Shown here piece after piece: positions 1 to 10,884 of a stretch of 64,000 nucleotides of DNA. The stretch comes from Octopus sinensis. Taxonomy: Eukaryota. The position numbers and the translations under genes were made by a program. The DNA lies in NCBI RefSeq assembly GCF_006345805.1, contig NW_021833438.1:10688-74687 (forward strand), given 5' to 3'. How positions within the stretch are numbered: the stretch's first letter is position 1; every line of letters begins with the position of its first letter. Under the pieces are notes generated by a model. That model did no database searches. It saw only the letters and a list, made by a program, of their open reading frames with translations, and was not told the DNA's origin.

Positions 1-132
1 AGACATCTCAGGTGTGTCATGCTTCAGGTTCCAGCAGAAGTCAGCCAGCATAGCTGGGTTCCATTCTCCCTTATACCTGTTTTCCATTGGCGCTATATCT
101 TGATGGAACCTCTCTCCATGTTCATCACTCAC
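1..132 (-). pseudogene. C-terminal fragment of a cut-and-paste DNA transposase (probably Chapaev/CMC-type)
   Basis: Minus-strand frame reads VSDEHGERFHQDIAPMENRYKGEWNPAMLADFCWNLKHD, matching the SDExGERFHQD..RY.G.W..MxADxCW transposase motif; upstream sequence is degenerate; superfamily is from memory. Confidence 0.65.
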
Positions 133-937
133 AAGCATGAAATCAGAAGAAAATCACAAGGCATTTTTTTCCGACACTAATGATTCTGCTAAATCCTTTT
201 TTTTTTTTAGATAAAATATGAGGTGTGGGGTGCCATTCAGGAAACAGGGCTACTAAGCTACAAAAAAGTTAAAAAGATATGGATGAAAAACCATGGATAT
301 TTTTTATTTTTTTAAATTTTAAATTTTAAATTTTTTATTTACACTTAAAAATACATAAATATAATTTTGAATAAACAATTGTTTTTTGTTTTTTTTTCAA
401 AATTTCTTTTCTCTCTCTCCCCCCTCTCTCTCTCTCATTTTATTTCTGAGGGGATTCTAAAAATACACAGATAATGGCATTTAAAAAAAAATTCACTGTT
501 ATCTTTTTTTCTTTATTTTCTATTTTAGGAGATTGCACATTTCAAAATATGTAGATAACAATTCTGAATAAAATATTTTAAAAAACTTTTTTTTTAAATT
601 TCAAATTACTTTGCAGAATTTTAATTTTTTCTTTCAAAATTTCAGTTTTTTCTAAAATTTCAAACACACACAAAATTTCAGTTTTTTCTAAAATTCAAAC
701 ACACACACAAAAAAGAAAAATTATTCATAATACTAGTACCTATTCTTTGCAATAATTTTCAGCAAATTTTCCATTTATGATCATAGACCGAAAGAAAACC
801 TTAAAAATTACAGGCACACTTCACTGGCAAAGTTAGGAGAAAAAATCTATTTAAAATTTAAACATCCAGAAAAAGAATATTGAAAACTATTGATTACTTT
901 GATTTATCAATCCTAATTGTATGTAATATATATATTA

Positions 938-1085
938 TGGCCGTGTAGTTAGGCTTTGCAACCACATGGTTCCGGGTTCAGTCCCACTGCGCGGCACCTT
1001 GGGCAAGTGTCTTTTATTTTAACACAGGACATACCAATGTCTTGTGAATAAATTTGGTAGATGAAAACTATGTGGAATCCCATCG
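938..1085 (+). mobile_element. SINE family A, 5' part (tRNA-derived head plus CORE-like segment)
   Basis: B-box GGGTTCAGTCC followed by GCACCTTGGGCAAGTG, as in the full copies. Confidence 0.6.
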
Positions 1086-1086
1086 A

Positions 1087-1132
<46 letters not shown>

Positions 1133-1507
1133 CATATATACATACATATGTATGTATATATATATATATATACATATATACATACATATGTATGTACAGG
1201 GATGACCGAAAGTCACCTGACAGTAAATCAAAATTCTATAAATACTGTCTGTAATTCTGTTTTGAATCGAATGGAAAAAATGTGTTGCTCAAGAAGGACT
1301 TCAGTTTGAAAAATTTTCATGATGTTTCATATTTAGATGCTTTTATTAAATTCATTCAGTTGTTAAACATAAATCTTGGAATTAAATGGTTTTGATTTAC
1401 TGTCAGGTGACTTTTGGCCAACCCTGTGTGTGTGTGTGTATACATCCTTTGTGTTCTGTTTTTAATTTATATTTGATATATTATATACATATATATACAT
1501 ACCATAC

Positions 1508-1541
<34 letters not shown>

Positions 1542-1781
1542 TATATATACTATATACATACATACAACATACATACATACACACATCTATTTGTGTATTG
1601 ACACTACCATTGGTTTCATGCTAAGAAAGCCCTCAACAATTATCAAGCTTATCATATAGCTTCCTTAACATGAAACAAATGCTAGGCTTAATCAAAACTA
1701 AAGATTTTTTGTCCACCAATGCAGTCTTGAGCACTCATTCTCATTGTTTAATATTTACATATGTGTGTGTGTATATATATA

Positions 1782-1828
<47 letters not shown>

Positions 1829-2039
1829 GAGATTCAGTTGAAGTCAGTCCGGTATTATCCTCACAGCTCAAAGTAAGGTGAATAAAATCAAAATAAGCAA
1901 CGGGACGTCATGAAGTGATGCAGTACGACCGTTTCAAGCGACTCCATTTAATTGAACAACAGACATAAAATAAGAAAACGAAACATTTATCTGCTCAAGT
2001 AAGTTGAGACATTGTATTTCAGAGTTATACTTTAAAAAA

Positions 2040-2275
2040 CTGGTACTCCATCGCTTATGACGACAAGGGTTCCAGTTGACCCAATCAATGGAACATCTTA
2101 CACGTGAAATTAACATGCAGGTGACTGAGCACTCCATAGACATGTGTACCCTTAATGTAGTTCTCAGGGAGAGTCAGCGTGACATAGAATGTGACAAGGC
2201 AGGCCCCATTGAAATACAAATACTACTCATTTTTATCAGCTGAATGAACTGGAGCGATGTGAAATAAAGTTTACA
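2040..2275 (-). mobile_element. SINE family F, 3' part
   Basis: Reverse complement matches the 3' half of the copy at 20396-20720 (GCCTTGTCACA..TTAATTTCACG..CAACTGGAACCC). Confidence 0.55.
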
Positions 2276-2320
2276 TTATTTACATTTGACAGATGTTAGT
2301 CTTCATCTTATTTGGTATTA

Positions 2321-2365
2321 ACTCAACATTTCGGTTGATATACCCTCCAGCCTTCATCAGGTTCT
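2321..2365 (-). ncRNA. Type I hammerhead motif, degenerate copy in the left arm of a fold-back
   Basis: Reverse complement: AC CTGATGA A GGCTG GAGGGTATAT CAACC GAAAT GTT. Confidence 0.55.
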
Positions 2366-2457
2366 TGGGAAAATTTTGAACCTGAGTTCTCATTCCTAAG
2401 GTATTTTTCGATGTAATAATTATTATTATTATTATTATTATTGTTATTATTATTATT

Positions 2458-2524
2458 GCTTGGAATCGAACTCAGAATCTTGGGGTTAGAATCCCGTGCT
2501 CTTAACCACTATGCCATATGCCCA
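2458..2524 (-). mobile_element. tRNA-derived Pol III head (SINE fragment)
   Basis: Reverse complement has A-box TGGCATAGTGG and B-box GAGTTCGATTCC; no complete cloverleaf. Confidence 0.55.
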
Positions 2525-2569
2525 TGGTAATACTTTAGGAATGAGGATCCAGGTTCGAAATTTCCCCAA

Positions 2570-2615
2570 GACACCTGATGAAGGCTGGAGGGTATATCAG
2601 TAGAAACGTTGTGTT
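2570..2615 (+). ncRNA. Type I minimal hammerhead ribozyme motif
   Basis: GACAC CTGATGA A GGCTG-loop-CAGTA GAAAC GTT GTGTT; stem I GACAC/GTGTT; stem III is the palindrome ACGT. Confidence 0.65.
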
Positions 2616-2681
2616 AACAACAAACACGATCAGGACAAATATCTGCTGAATGTAAATAATGTACATGATTGTACATAGTAA

Positions 2682-3103
2682 TGTACCTTGGGCAAACATC
2701 TACTATAGCCTCGTGAGTGGATTTGATAGACGGAAACTGAAAGAAGCCTGTTGTATATATGTGTGTGCACGTGTGTGTTTGTGTGTCTGTGTTTGTCCCC
2801 CCAACATCGCTTGCCAACCGATGCTGGTATGTTTATCCCCGTAACATAGTGGTTCGGCAAAAGAGACCGATAGAATAAATACTAGGCTTACAATGAATAT
2901 ATCTTGGGGGGATGGGTGATGTTTGTGTGTCTGTGTTTGTCTCCCCCATCATCGCTTGACAACCGTAACTTAGCGGTTCAGCAAAAGAGACCGATAGAAT
3001 AAGTACTAGGCTTAACAAAGAATAAGTCCTGGGGGTTGATCTGTTCGACTAAAGGCAGTGCTCCAGCATGGCCACAGTCAATGACTGAAACAAGTAAAGA
3101 GAG
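2682..3103 (+). mobile_element. SINE family A, 5'-truncated, with an internal partial duplication
   Basis: Body GTGAGTGGATTTGATAGACGGAAACTGAAAGAAGCC through 3' end CTCCAGCATGGCCACAGTCAATGACTGAAACAAGTAAAGAG. Confidence 0.8.
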
Positions 3104-3124
3104 TAATTCCTCATCTCTTAAATA

Positions 3125-3240
3125 TAGAACTGTGAAATAAAGTGTCGTGCTCAAGGACCCAATGCATCGCTGGGAATTGAACTCACAACCTCATAGTCTT
3201 GAGCCAAATACCCTAACCACTAAGCTACGTGCCTTCACTG
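3125..3240 (-). mobile_element. tRNA-derived SINE head with a CORE-like segment (family F-related)
   Basis: Reverse complement: GTAGCTTAGTGG..GAGTTCAATTCC..GTCCTTGAGCACGACACTTTATTTCAC. Confidence 0.55.
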
Positions 3241-3451
3241 AGTTGTACTAGTTTGGTTAAAACGGCACTTCCATAAGGTACCATTTACTTTCATTTTGGT
3301 TCAGACTTTGAATTGTGGCTAAAGACTTTCTTGACCCAATATTTATGTGCTATATTTATAGCTTTATGCGCTTCGAGAACCACTGTTCCAAAAACGAATT
3401 ATTTTAAGATCATAGACTTTGTGACACCATATGAGAGCAGAGTGGATAGCA

Positions 3452-3620
3452 GGCGCAGGAGTGGCTGTGTGGTAAGTAGCTTGCTTACCAACCACATGGT
3501 TCTGGGTTCATTCCCAGTGCGTGGCACCTTGTAAGTGTCTTCTACTATAGCCTTGGGCTGACCAAAGCCTTGTGAGTGGATTTGGTAGATGGAAACTGAA
3601 AGAAGCCCGTCGTATATATG

Positions 3621-3651
<31 letters not shown>

Positions 3652-3870
3652 ATATGTTTGTGTGTCTGTGTTTGCCCCCCCAACATCACTTGACAACCGA
3701 TGCTGGTGTGTTTACGTCCCTGTAACATAGCGGTTCGGCAAAAGAGACCGGTAGAATAAGTACTAGGCTTACAAAGAATAAGTCCTGGGGTCGATTTACT
3801 CGACTAAAGGTGGTGCTCCAGCATGGCCGCAGTCAAATGACTGAAACAAGTAAAAGAGTAAAAGAGAGTA
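3452..3870 (+). mobile_element. SINE family A, full length
   Basis: GGCGCAGGAGTGGCTGTGTGG (A box), GGGTTCATTCC (B box), CORE-like GCACCTT.., internal (TA/TG)n, (AAAAGAGT)n tail; more than 15 related copies in the window. Confidence 0.9.
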
Positions 3871-4139
3871 AAGAGTAATTGAAAAGAGGGGTCGCTAGAG
3901 AGATAAAGAGAAAGTGGAAGGCTAACATGACAGTTGTCCCTTTGATATTTTGATGCACAACACCCAAACTGCTAAGAGGATGAAGGAAGCTGGAATTGAG
4001 AAAACACATTGTCGACCTGGTAAAAAAAAAAGGTGCCATCCTGTATTCTGGAAGAATCCTCAGAAAATTTTCCTGAGATATGAAGAGACTTGTCACCAAG
4101 TTTCAAGATAACACACTAATTAGATTAGAATGTGATTGG

Positions 4140-4316
4140 TTCTGAATGATGATAATAATAATAATAAGAAGAAGAAGAAGAAGAAGAAGAAGAATGATAA
4201 TTATAATGATAATAATAATTATAATAATAATGATAATAATAATAATAGTACTAGTAATAATAATAGTAATAATAATAATAATAAAAATAATGATAATAAT
4301 AATAATAATGATAATA
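4140..4316. repeat. Compound (AAT)n/(AAG)n microsatellite
   Basis: Seen directly. Confidence 0.95.
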
Positions 4317-4318
4317 AG

Positions 4319-4875
4319 CTATGCCCTGATGCAGTACCTGGCAGTGGCTCTCATGGCTTCTGATCCTAACTGATTGGAAGTGTTATCATGTACATTGTTT
4401 TGTTTTGGTATAAAAGATGGGCTACAGCAAATATTCAGCTCAATACCACAAATTTGCTTATCAGTTGTTTGACCTTAGCCAGTTGAGCATGTCCCTTAGT
4501 GGCTGACGATATGTGCATCTCTGATCACGAGCAGAAGTAGTGAGGGAGCATCATAGCCATGTGTTGAGAGGAATTCTTCAGGGTTTGAATAATTCACCTT
4601 TGGAAACATGGGTGGTTCGTTCAACATCTTTAAACAATCCTTATTCAGGGACCTTTTGAGCGGGGTGGGCTACTCGACCAGAAGAAAATTCTAACTGGGC
4701 CCCACCTGCAAGGTCATGTGCTGTTTATCTTGATATGAGATCACATGTCGCGCACATATTGTTGTGATGCATGTGCCTAGTGTACCCTTATCAGACGAGT
4801 AGTCATGATGGGTATACTGGGCTTCGTATATTTTACCCCAGTGTCACTTTGATGGCATGCACTGCTCTCTCACTC
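4319..4875 (+). mobile_element. Non-coding interspersed element (family E) embedded in (AAT)n
   Basis: Inverted, internally deleted copy at 38211-38544 shares both termini; partial copy near 42085-42210; (AAT)n-like tracts on both flanks. Confidence 0.75.
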
Positions 4876-4955
<80 letters not shown>

Positions 4956-5040
4956 TGATGATGATGATAATAATAATAATACCAACAATAACAACAGCGG
5001 CAAAACGACAACAACAACAACAATAATGATAATAATAAGT

Positions 5041-5377
5041 TTGGAACAAGGCCAGCAGTTTTGAGAGGTGGGTTTGTTGATTACATCGAGCCCAGTACTC
5101 AACTGGTACTCATTTTATTGATTCTGAAAGGATGAAAAGCAAAGTCGACCTCAGTAGAATTTGAACTCAGAACATAAAAACAGACGACGTGCCGCAAAGT
5201 ATCTTGCCCAGCCTGCTAACAATTCTGCCGGCTCACCGCCTTTAATAATAATCTTTTCTACTATAGGCACAAGGCCTGAAATAATTTGGGGGAAGAAGAT
5301 GGTTGATTACATCGACCCCAGTGTTTCACTGGTACTTAATTTATCGACCCCGAAAGGATGAAAGGCAAAGTCGACCT
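5041..5377 (-). mobile_element. SINE family B, two partial copies
   Basis: Reverse complement of GAGTTCAAATTC..GAGGTCGACTTTGCCTTTCATCCTTTCGGGGTCGATAAATTAAGTACCAG. Confidence 0.8.
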
Positions 5378-5391
5378 AGTAGTAATAGTAA

Positions 5392-5436
<45 letters not shown>

Positions 5437-5514
5437 AAGCTATATCTGGACCCTCAAAAAATAGTACTGTCAAGAACAGCTCACATCCTGTGCAAGACAC
5501 TATCAATTCTGTCA

Positions 5515-5915
5515 GTGGTGAGCTGGCTGAATCGTTAGCACGCCGGGCAAAATGCTTAGCGGTATTTTGTCTGCCATTACGTTCTGAGTTCAAGTTCCGC
5601 CGAGGTCGACTTTACCTTTCATCCTTTCGGGGTCAATAAATTAAGTACCAGTTTCACATTGTGGTCAATGTAATCGGCTTAATCTGTTTGTCCCCTCTGT
5701 GCTTAGCCTCTTGTGGGTAGTAAAGAAATAGGTATTTTGTCTGCCATTACATTCTGAGTTCAAATTCCGCCGAGGTCGACTTTGCCTTTCATCCTTTCGG
5801 GGTTGATTAAATAAGTACCAGTTACACACTGGGGTTGATATAATTGACTTAATCCGTTTGTCTGTCCTTCTTTGTCCCCTCTCTGTGTAGCCCCTTGTGG
5901 GCAGTAAAGAAATAA
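5515..5915 (+). mobile_element. SINE family B, tandem dimer
   Basis: tRNA-like head (AGCTGGCTGAATCG, GAGTTCAAGTTCC) plus the conserved central domain, repeated head to tail. Confidence 0.85.
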
Positions 5916-5924
5916 GAAACTGAA

Positions 5925-5936
5925 AGAAGCCCATTG

Positions 5937-5971
<35 letters not shown>

Positions 5972-6185
5972 ATCTATTCATATCTTTGTGTCTGTGTTTG
6001 CTCTACACCATCGCTTGACAATTGATGTTGGTGTGTTTACGTTACCGTAACTTAGTGGTTTGACAAAAGAGACTGAGAGAATAAGTACTAGGCTTACAAA
6101 GAATAAGCACTCTGGTCTAAAAACATACTTTAAGACAGTGCTCCAGCATGGCCGCAGACAAATGACTGAATCAAGTAAAAGAATT
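5925..6185 (+). mobile_element. SINE family A, 3' part
   Basis: AACTGAAAGAAGCCC through CTCCAGCATGGCC..GACTGAA. Confidence 0.7.
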
Positions 6186-6221
6186 AAAGAATATCTATCT
6201 ATCTATGTATCTATCTATCCA

Positions 6222-6273
<52 letters not shown>

Positions 6274-7105
6274 TAGATAGATAGATAGATGATAGATAGA
6301 TAGATAATAGATAGATAGATAAATTGATAGATGTTCATCAATATGTGTGTGTATGTACTTGATCGATGTTTTATGCACAAACAATGTGTATTAGAAAATA
6401 TAACATATATTAAATGTAATTAGCTTACCGTTTACAATGCCTAGATAATACTGTGGAACTAAACAATTGTAAATAGATATCGTTATTCTTCTTGCATACA
6501 GGAAAATAAGAATGTTATATTGACATGTTTCATGGTCGGTTGGTGACGTGCCAAAGGTCACTGCAGGCTAACTACATTAAATTTATTTAAGCTCAACAAA
6601 TATTCATAAAATTGCAATTTATTTGGAGAATGGTGTCTTGATTTACAGAATGAATGAATAGGCATAAAGAGCTGACCTCTAATGCACGGTCTAAAGGAAA
6701 TAATACTGGTTTTATCTCGTAGCGAATCTCCTGTCAAAGAATGTTCTGTTTTGAGACCTACATTTCTCATCAGGTGGTGTGAAATGACAGAATCTTTTTG
6801 AGACTAAAAGTCGTAGAAGTTGAATATAGGCCTGCCTACAACAGAAAAATATATCAAAAACAGACACTTTTATACTAAAGCGGATGAGACTGTCCGGCGT
6901 GGAAAATCTATTCAAAAATGCTCAACATAAAAATTACATCCATACATCCATTCATACATACATAAATGTATTATGTGTATGTATTTGTTTGTAGGTATAT
7001 ATATATATATATATAGGGAGAGTTTATGAAAAAAACAAAAGATGAAGACAGGTGGTGTACAAAACAAACAGATGTATTAGTATAACGTTCAGGAATAGAA
7101 AAAGT

Positions 7106-7141
7106 CTTTTACATTTCGAGCCTATGCTCTTCTACAGAAAG
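7106..7141 (-). ncRNA. Hammerhead-like motif, A6U variant core, within a ~190-bp repeat (7015-7205)
   Basis: Reverse complement: CTTT CTGTAGA A GAGC ATAG GCTC GAAAT GTA AAAG. Confidence 0.55.
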
Positions 7142-7683
7142 GAACACAGAAAAAACAAGGCGAGAAAAAAAATGTGTGTAGTGGCTAACGATCTATCATG
7201 GCGATATTTGTTATTTTAGTGCTGTTGACACTGCTGGATTGAATGGTACTGCCTGGATGTTAAAACCATAATAATATCTGTGGGCAGCTGATGATAGACG
7301 TGTGTTGGTATGGCTGTTTTTTTATATGTGGAATAGTGTCATAACACATCCTTTGCATATATATATATATATATGAAGAATAAGAAAATGAAGATATTGA
7401 AGTTAATAAGAGTTTATTATCAGCAAAAAATCGATCATTATCCCTTGCAGCTGTTTCAGTTAAGCTCGAGGAAGTTAAATAAATATTGAATATTATATAT
7501 ATATATACATATATAAACAAAGATAAATGCGATACAATAAAATTAATTATAATCGCCGGTGTACCAGTACACGCCATATATTATACATATATCATTACAT
7601 TCAAGGCGAAGAGTGCACTAGATACACAATAGCTGGATAAATTTAGTGAGATGAAAATTAAAAACTTTTACAAACTTAACTTT

Positions 7684-7756
7684 TCTTATACTGCAGTTTC
7701 GCCAAATTCAGTAATAAAAATAGTATTTATTTACTCAGGCTGGCTCTTCAGTAAGA
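7684..7756 (-). ncRNA. Canonical Type I hammerhead ribozyme
   Basis: Reverse complement: TCTTA CTGAAGA GCCAG..TTGGC GAAAC TGCA GTA TAAGA; 5-bp stem I, 5-bp stem II base, palindromic stem III ACTGCAGT, GUA site. Confidence 0.85.
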
Positions 7757-7834
7757 TTCCTGTTAATGATGGGAAGACCATATCAATAGACCCATGTGCG
7801 TCTATCGAAATGCTCTTTCTATATATATACATAT

Positions 7835-7877
<43 letters not shown>

Positions 7878-8737
7878 CTGAAGGATTAAAATTAGTATTC
7901 CTTTGATTAATTTTAATCCTTCAGCTATTTAATGCTTTTTTGGGGCCTGTAATTACCTATATTATTGATTCTATTATTATCATTTTTTAATTGTTACACA
8001 AGATAATAATAGAGTCAATGATATCTTTGCAAATATTCTTTCTCCTGAATTATTTGCTCTGTACTGGTTGAAAGACATCTGTTGTTATGTCTATGTCGTG
8101 TTATTTGTATTTGTGTAACCTTCTCCATTTTTTTCTGCCCTTATTTTGTATACATTCGCTGTGTTCTTCCAAGAATCTAATGCTCTTAGCTTACTTTTTC
8201 CTTGGGGCTGGCTAGATTGGAGCAATCTCAAGTATAACCAGCTGAAATTGCAAAGATAATCTGGAACTCGACTGAGGAAAGAAAACTCCGAATGACCTGT
8301 CCTTATTTTCTTTGTATCGTCTATCAGGATGTTTTGTGTTCTTGTCCCATTTTGTATTTATATATATATACAAACACACACACATACACACACACACAAA
8401 CATATATATATATATATATATACATATACTATAAAATAATAGCATAAAATGCACAAAACTGAACAAAATCCCTGGGAAGCACCCAACAGGGATGCTTCTA
8501 CAATGAGACAAACATGTGAACTGAGCGAGCAAAGACTGCGCCTGCTAGGAGAGCATGCACAAGATCAGTGCTGACTATCGGTCGCTTGTATGAAATTCAC
8601 TCGTACTTCAAGACAAAAATTCGCATGAACCTTGGCTTGTACAACAAATTGCTTGTACAATAGTGCACTCGTGCTGTGAGATTCTACTGTGTGTGTGTAT
8701 GTATATATATATAATATATATATATAATATATATATT

Positions 8738-8769
<32 letters not shown>

Positions 8770-8887
8770 TAGATAGATAGATAGATAGATAGGTAGATAG
8801 ATATAGATAGATAGATAGATAAAACTTAATTGGAAAAGGAGCATTGTGTTCAATCATATAATAATTTCTCTTTTTCTCTTTTCTTTC

Positions 8888-9286
8888 TCTTTTACTTGTT
8901 TCAGTCATTTGACTGCGGCCATGCTGGAGCACCACCTTTAGTCGAGCAAATCGACCCTGGGACTTATTCTTTGTAAGCCCAGTACTTATTCCATCGGTCT
9001 CTTTTGCCGGACCGCTAAGTGACAGGGATGTAAATATACCAGCATCGGTTGTCAAGCAATGCTAGGGGGACAAACACAGACACACAAACATACACACACA
9101 TACATATATATATACATATATATGACAGGCTTCTTTCAGTTTCCGTCTACCAAATCCACTCACAAGGCTTTGGTCGGCCCGAGGCTATAGTAGAAGACAC
9201 TTGCCCAAGATGCCACACAGTGGGACTGAACCCGGAACCATGTGGTTGGTAAGCAAGCTACTTACCACACAGCCACTCCTGCGCCT
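8888..9286 (-). mobile_element. SINE family A, full length
   Basis: Reverse complement of the 3452-3870 type, with head and tail. Confidence 0.9.
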
Positions 9287-9339
9287 TATAAAAATAAATA
9301 ATATATAAATATTATATAAATAATATATAAATATATGCA

Positions 9340-9530
9340 TATATACATACATATATGTACATACCTACATATATATGTATATATACATGCATATATGGGT
9401 ACAGACATCAAAAAACGTTGAAACACAAGTTTTCGTTTCTCATTGTGTTCAACGTTTTTTGATGTCCTGTACCCATATATGCATGTATATATACATGTAC
9501 ATATTTGTATGTATATATGCATATATTTAT
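9340..9530. repeat. Fold-back made of two inverted termini of family D (CTGTACCCATATATGCATG)
   Basis: GGGTACAGACATCAAAAAACGTTGAA versus TTCAACGTTTTTTGATGTCCTGTACCC, flanked by TA/CA microsatellite. Confidence 0.85.
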
Positions 9531-9758
9531 ATATCATTTATATTATATATATATATTATATATGTATATAAATTAGAGAAGAACCACCATGTAGCAATTC
9601 AACAATGATATAATTAAATCATAATATATAGAAAAAAATTAAATATTCGATAAAACATACCAATAATTAAGTAAAGTACAAAATAATAAATAAATAGTAT
9701 ATAATTAGTAAAAAGACTACACGTGTTTCGTGGCTATATTTTCAAACTGATAACAGTA

Positions 9759-9808
<50 letters not shown>

Positions 9809-10269
9809 TCAAGATACAATACACTCACACACACACACAGATATCTATATATATAAGTTTGGAGTATCTCTGATACTGACCTACAGATGTTAAAACAATA
9901 TCAACTGCATCATGGCTCAGATTAACCATTCAGCACGTGTTTAAAGCAGTAAGGGAAACAAGACACCACAGAGCGATTGTTACTTCCTTGCGTTGGATTT
10001 ACCAGGAAACAAATGGTGAATTATAACAATTTCATTAAAAAAAAATATAGGATGAATGAATAATATGGAAAGTTTAGTTTGTTTTTTAATTGCCCAAGCT
10101 GTAAATAAATAGTTGTTTGGGAAAGAACCTTGCTTCTCGACAAACCATATGGTGTTGGGTTCACCTTGGACACGTGTCTTCTACTTATAACCCTGGGCCG
10201 ACCAACGCTTTGTGAATGAATTTGATAGACATAAACTGTCTACTGTATACATACATACATACATACATA

Positions 10270-10372
10270 CTCTGTTGATGTTGAAATTCCAGTGAAAGAC
10301 CCTTGGATCTAGGTTAGAAAACAACTTTTTTTCGATCAGCAAGAAATCTTGAAATAAAACTGAATAATGACA
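10270..10372 (+). mobile_element. 3' UTR remnant of the (TACA)n-associated R4-like LINE
   Basis: TGTTGATGTTGAAATTCCAGTG..TTGAAATAAAACTGAATAATGA matches the 3' end of the element at 51015-52469; preceded by (CATA)n. Confidence 0.7.
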
Positions 10373-10439
10373 CTATATATATATATACCTGCAATTTTTT
10401 TCCTCTGTCCTCCCGTCTCGGGATCTTTCTTTCTCCTAT

Positions 10440-10474
10440 GTTTCCGACGAAGAGCTCCGCTCGAAACGTCATAC
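10440..10474 (+). ncRNA. Hammerhead motif, U4C variant core
   Basis: GTTT CCGACGA A GAGC TCC GCTC GAAAC GTC ATAC; inverted copy at 12630-12664. Confidence 0.6.
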
Positions 10475-10884
10475 CCTCCTTCTTCCATTTTCCTGAGCGC
10501 CTAATAATAATAATACTGTAATTGTTCCACGTGTTGTTGTTTTTTCTGTTTTCCCGTTTGGATTAACCTTATATATATATATTGAGCAAGCACTATATGA
10601 GAGAGGTTTTCTTTAAGTATTGGAAATAGTTTTAAAAAAGTTTTTTTAGCTGCTATTTCTAATGAGTTCAGTATGCGGCAAAGTAATTTATTTTACTAAG
10701 CCCTTTTATATAATGTAATAATTTGAATTCGCCTTAAATGGTCCCTTTGCATACTGAATACTTGGTGAAATTGATTAATTAATTAATTTTACCCTCAATT
10801 GTTAAAATTATATATATATATAATATATATATATATATACACACATATATGTGTGTGTGTGTTGGTGTGTGTGTGTGTATGTGT

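Noticed and set aside
3452-3530. tRNA genes at SINE heads (also 20396, 45842, 46307)
   Set aside because: A and B boxes are present but there is no complete cloverleaf, and each continues into a multi-copy SINE body
6735-6782. Minus-strand CTGATGA GAAAT..AAAAC
   Set aside because: Weak stem II, no G12, no stem III or cleavage triplet
6520-6950. Possible host coding exon in unique sequence (also 41870-42400 and 55030-55310)
   Set aside because: Stops in most frames, no recognisable domain and no convincing splice pair
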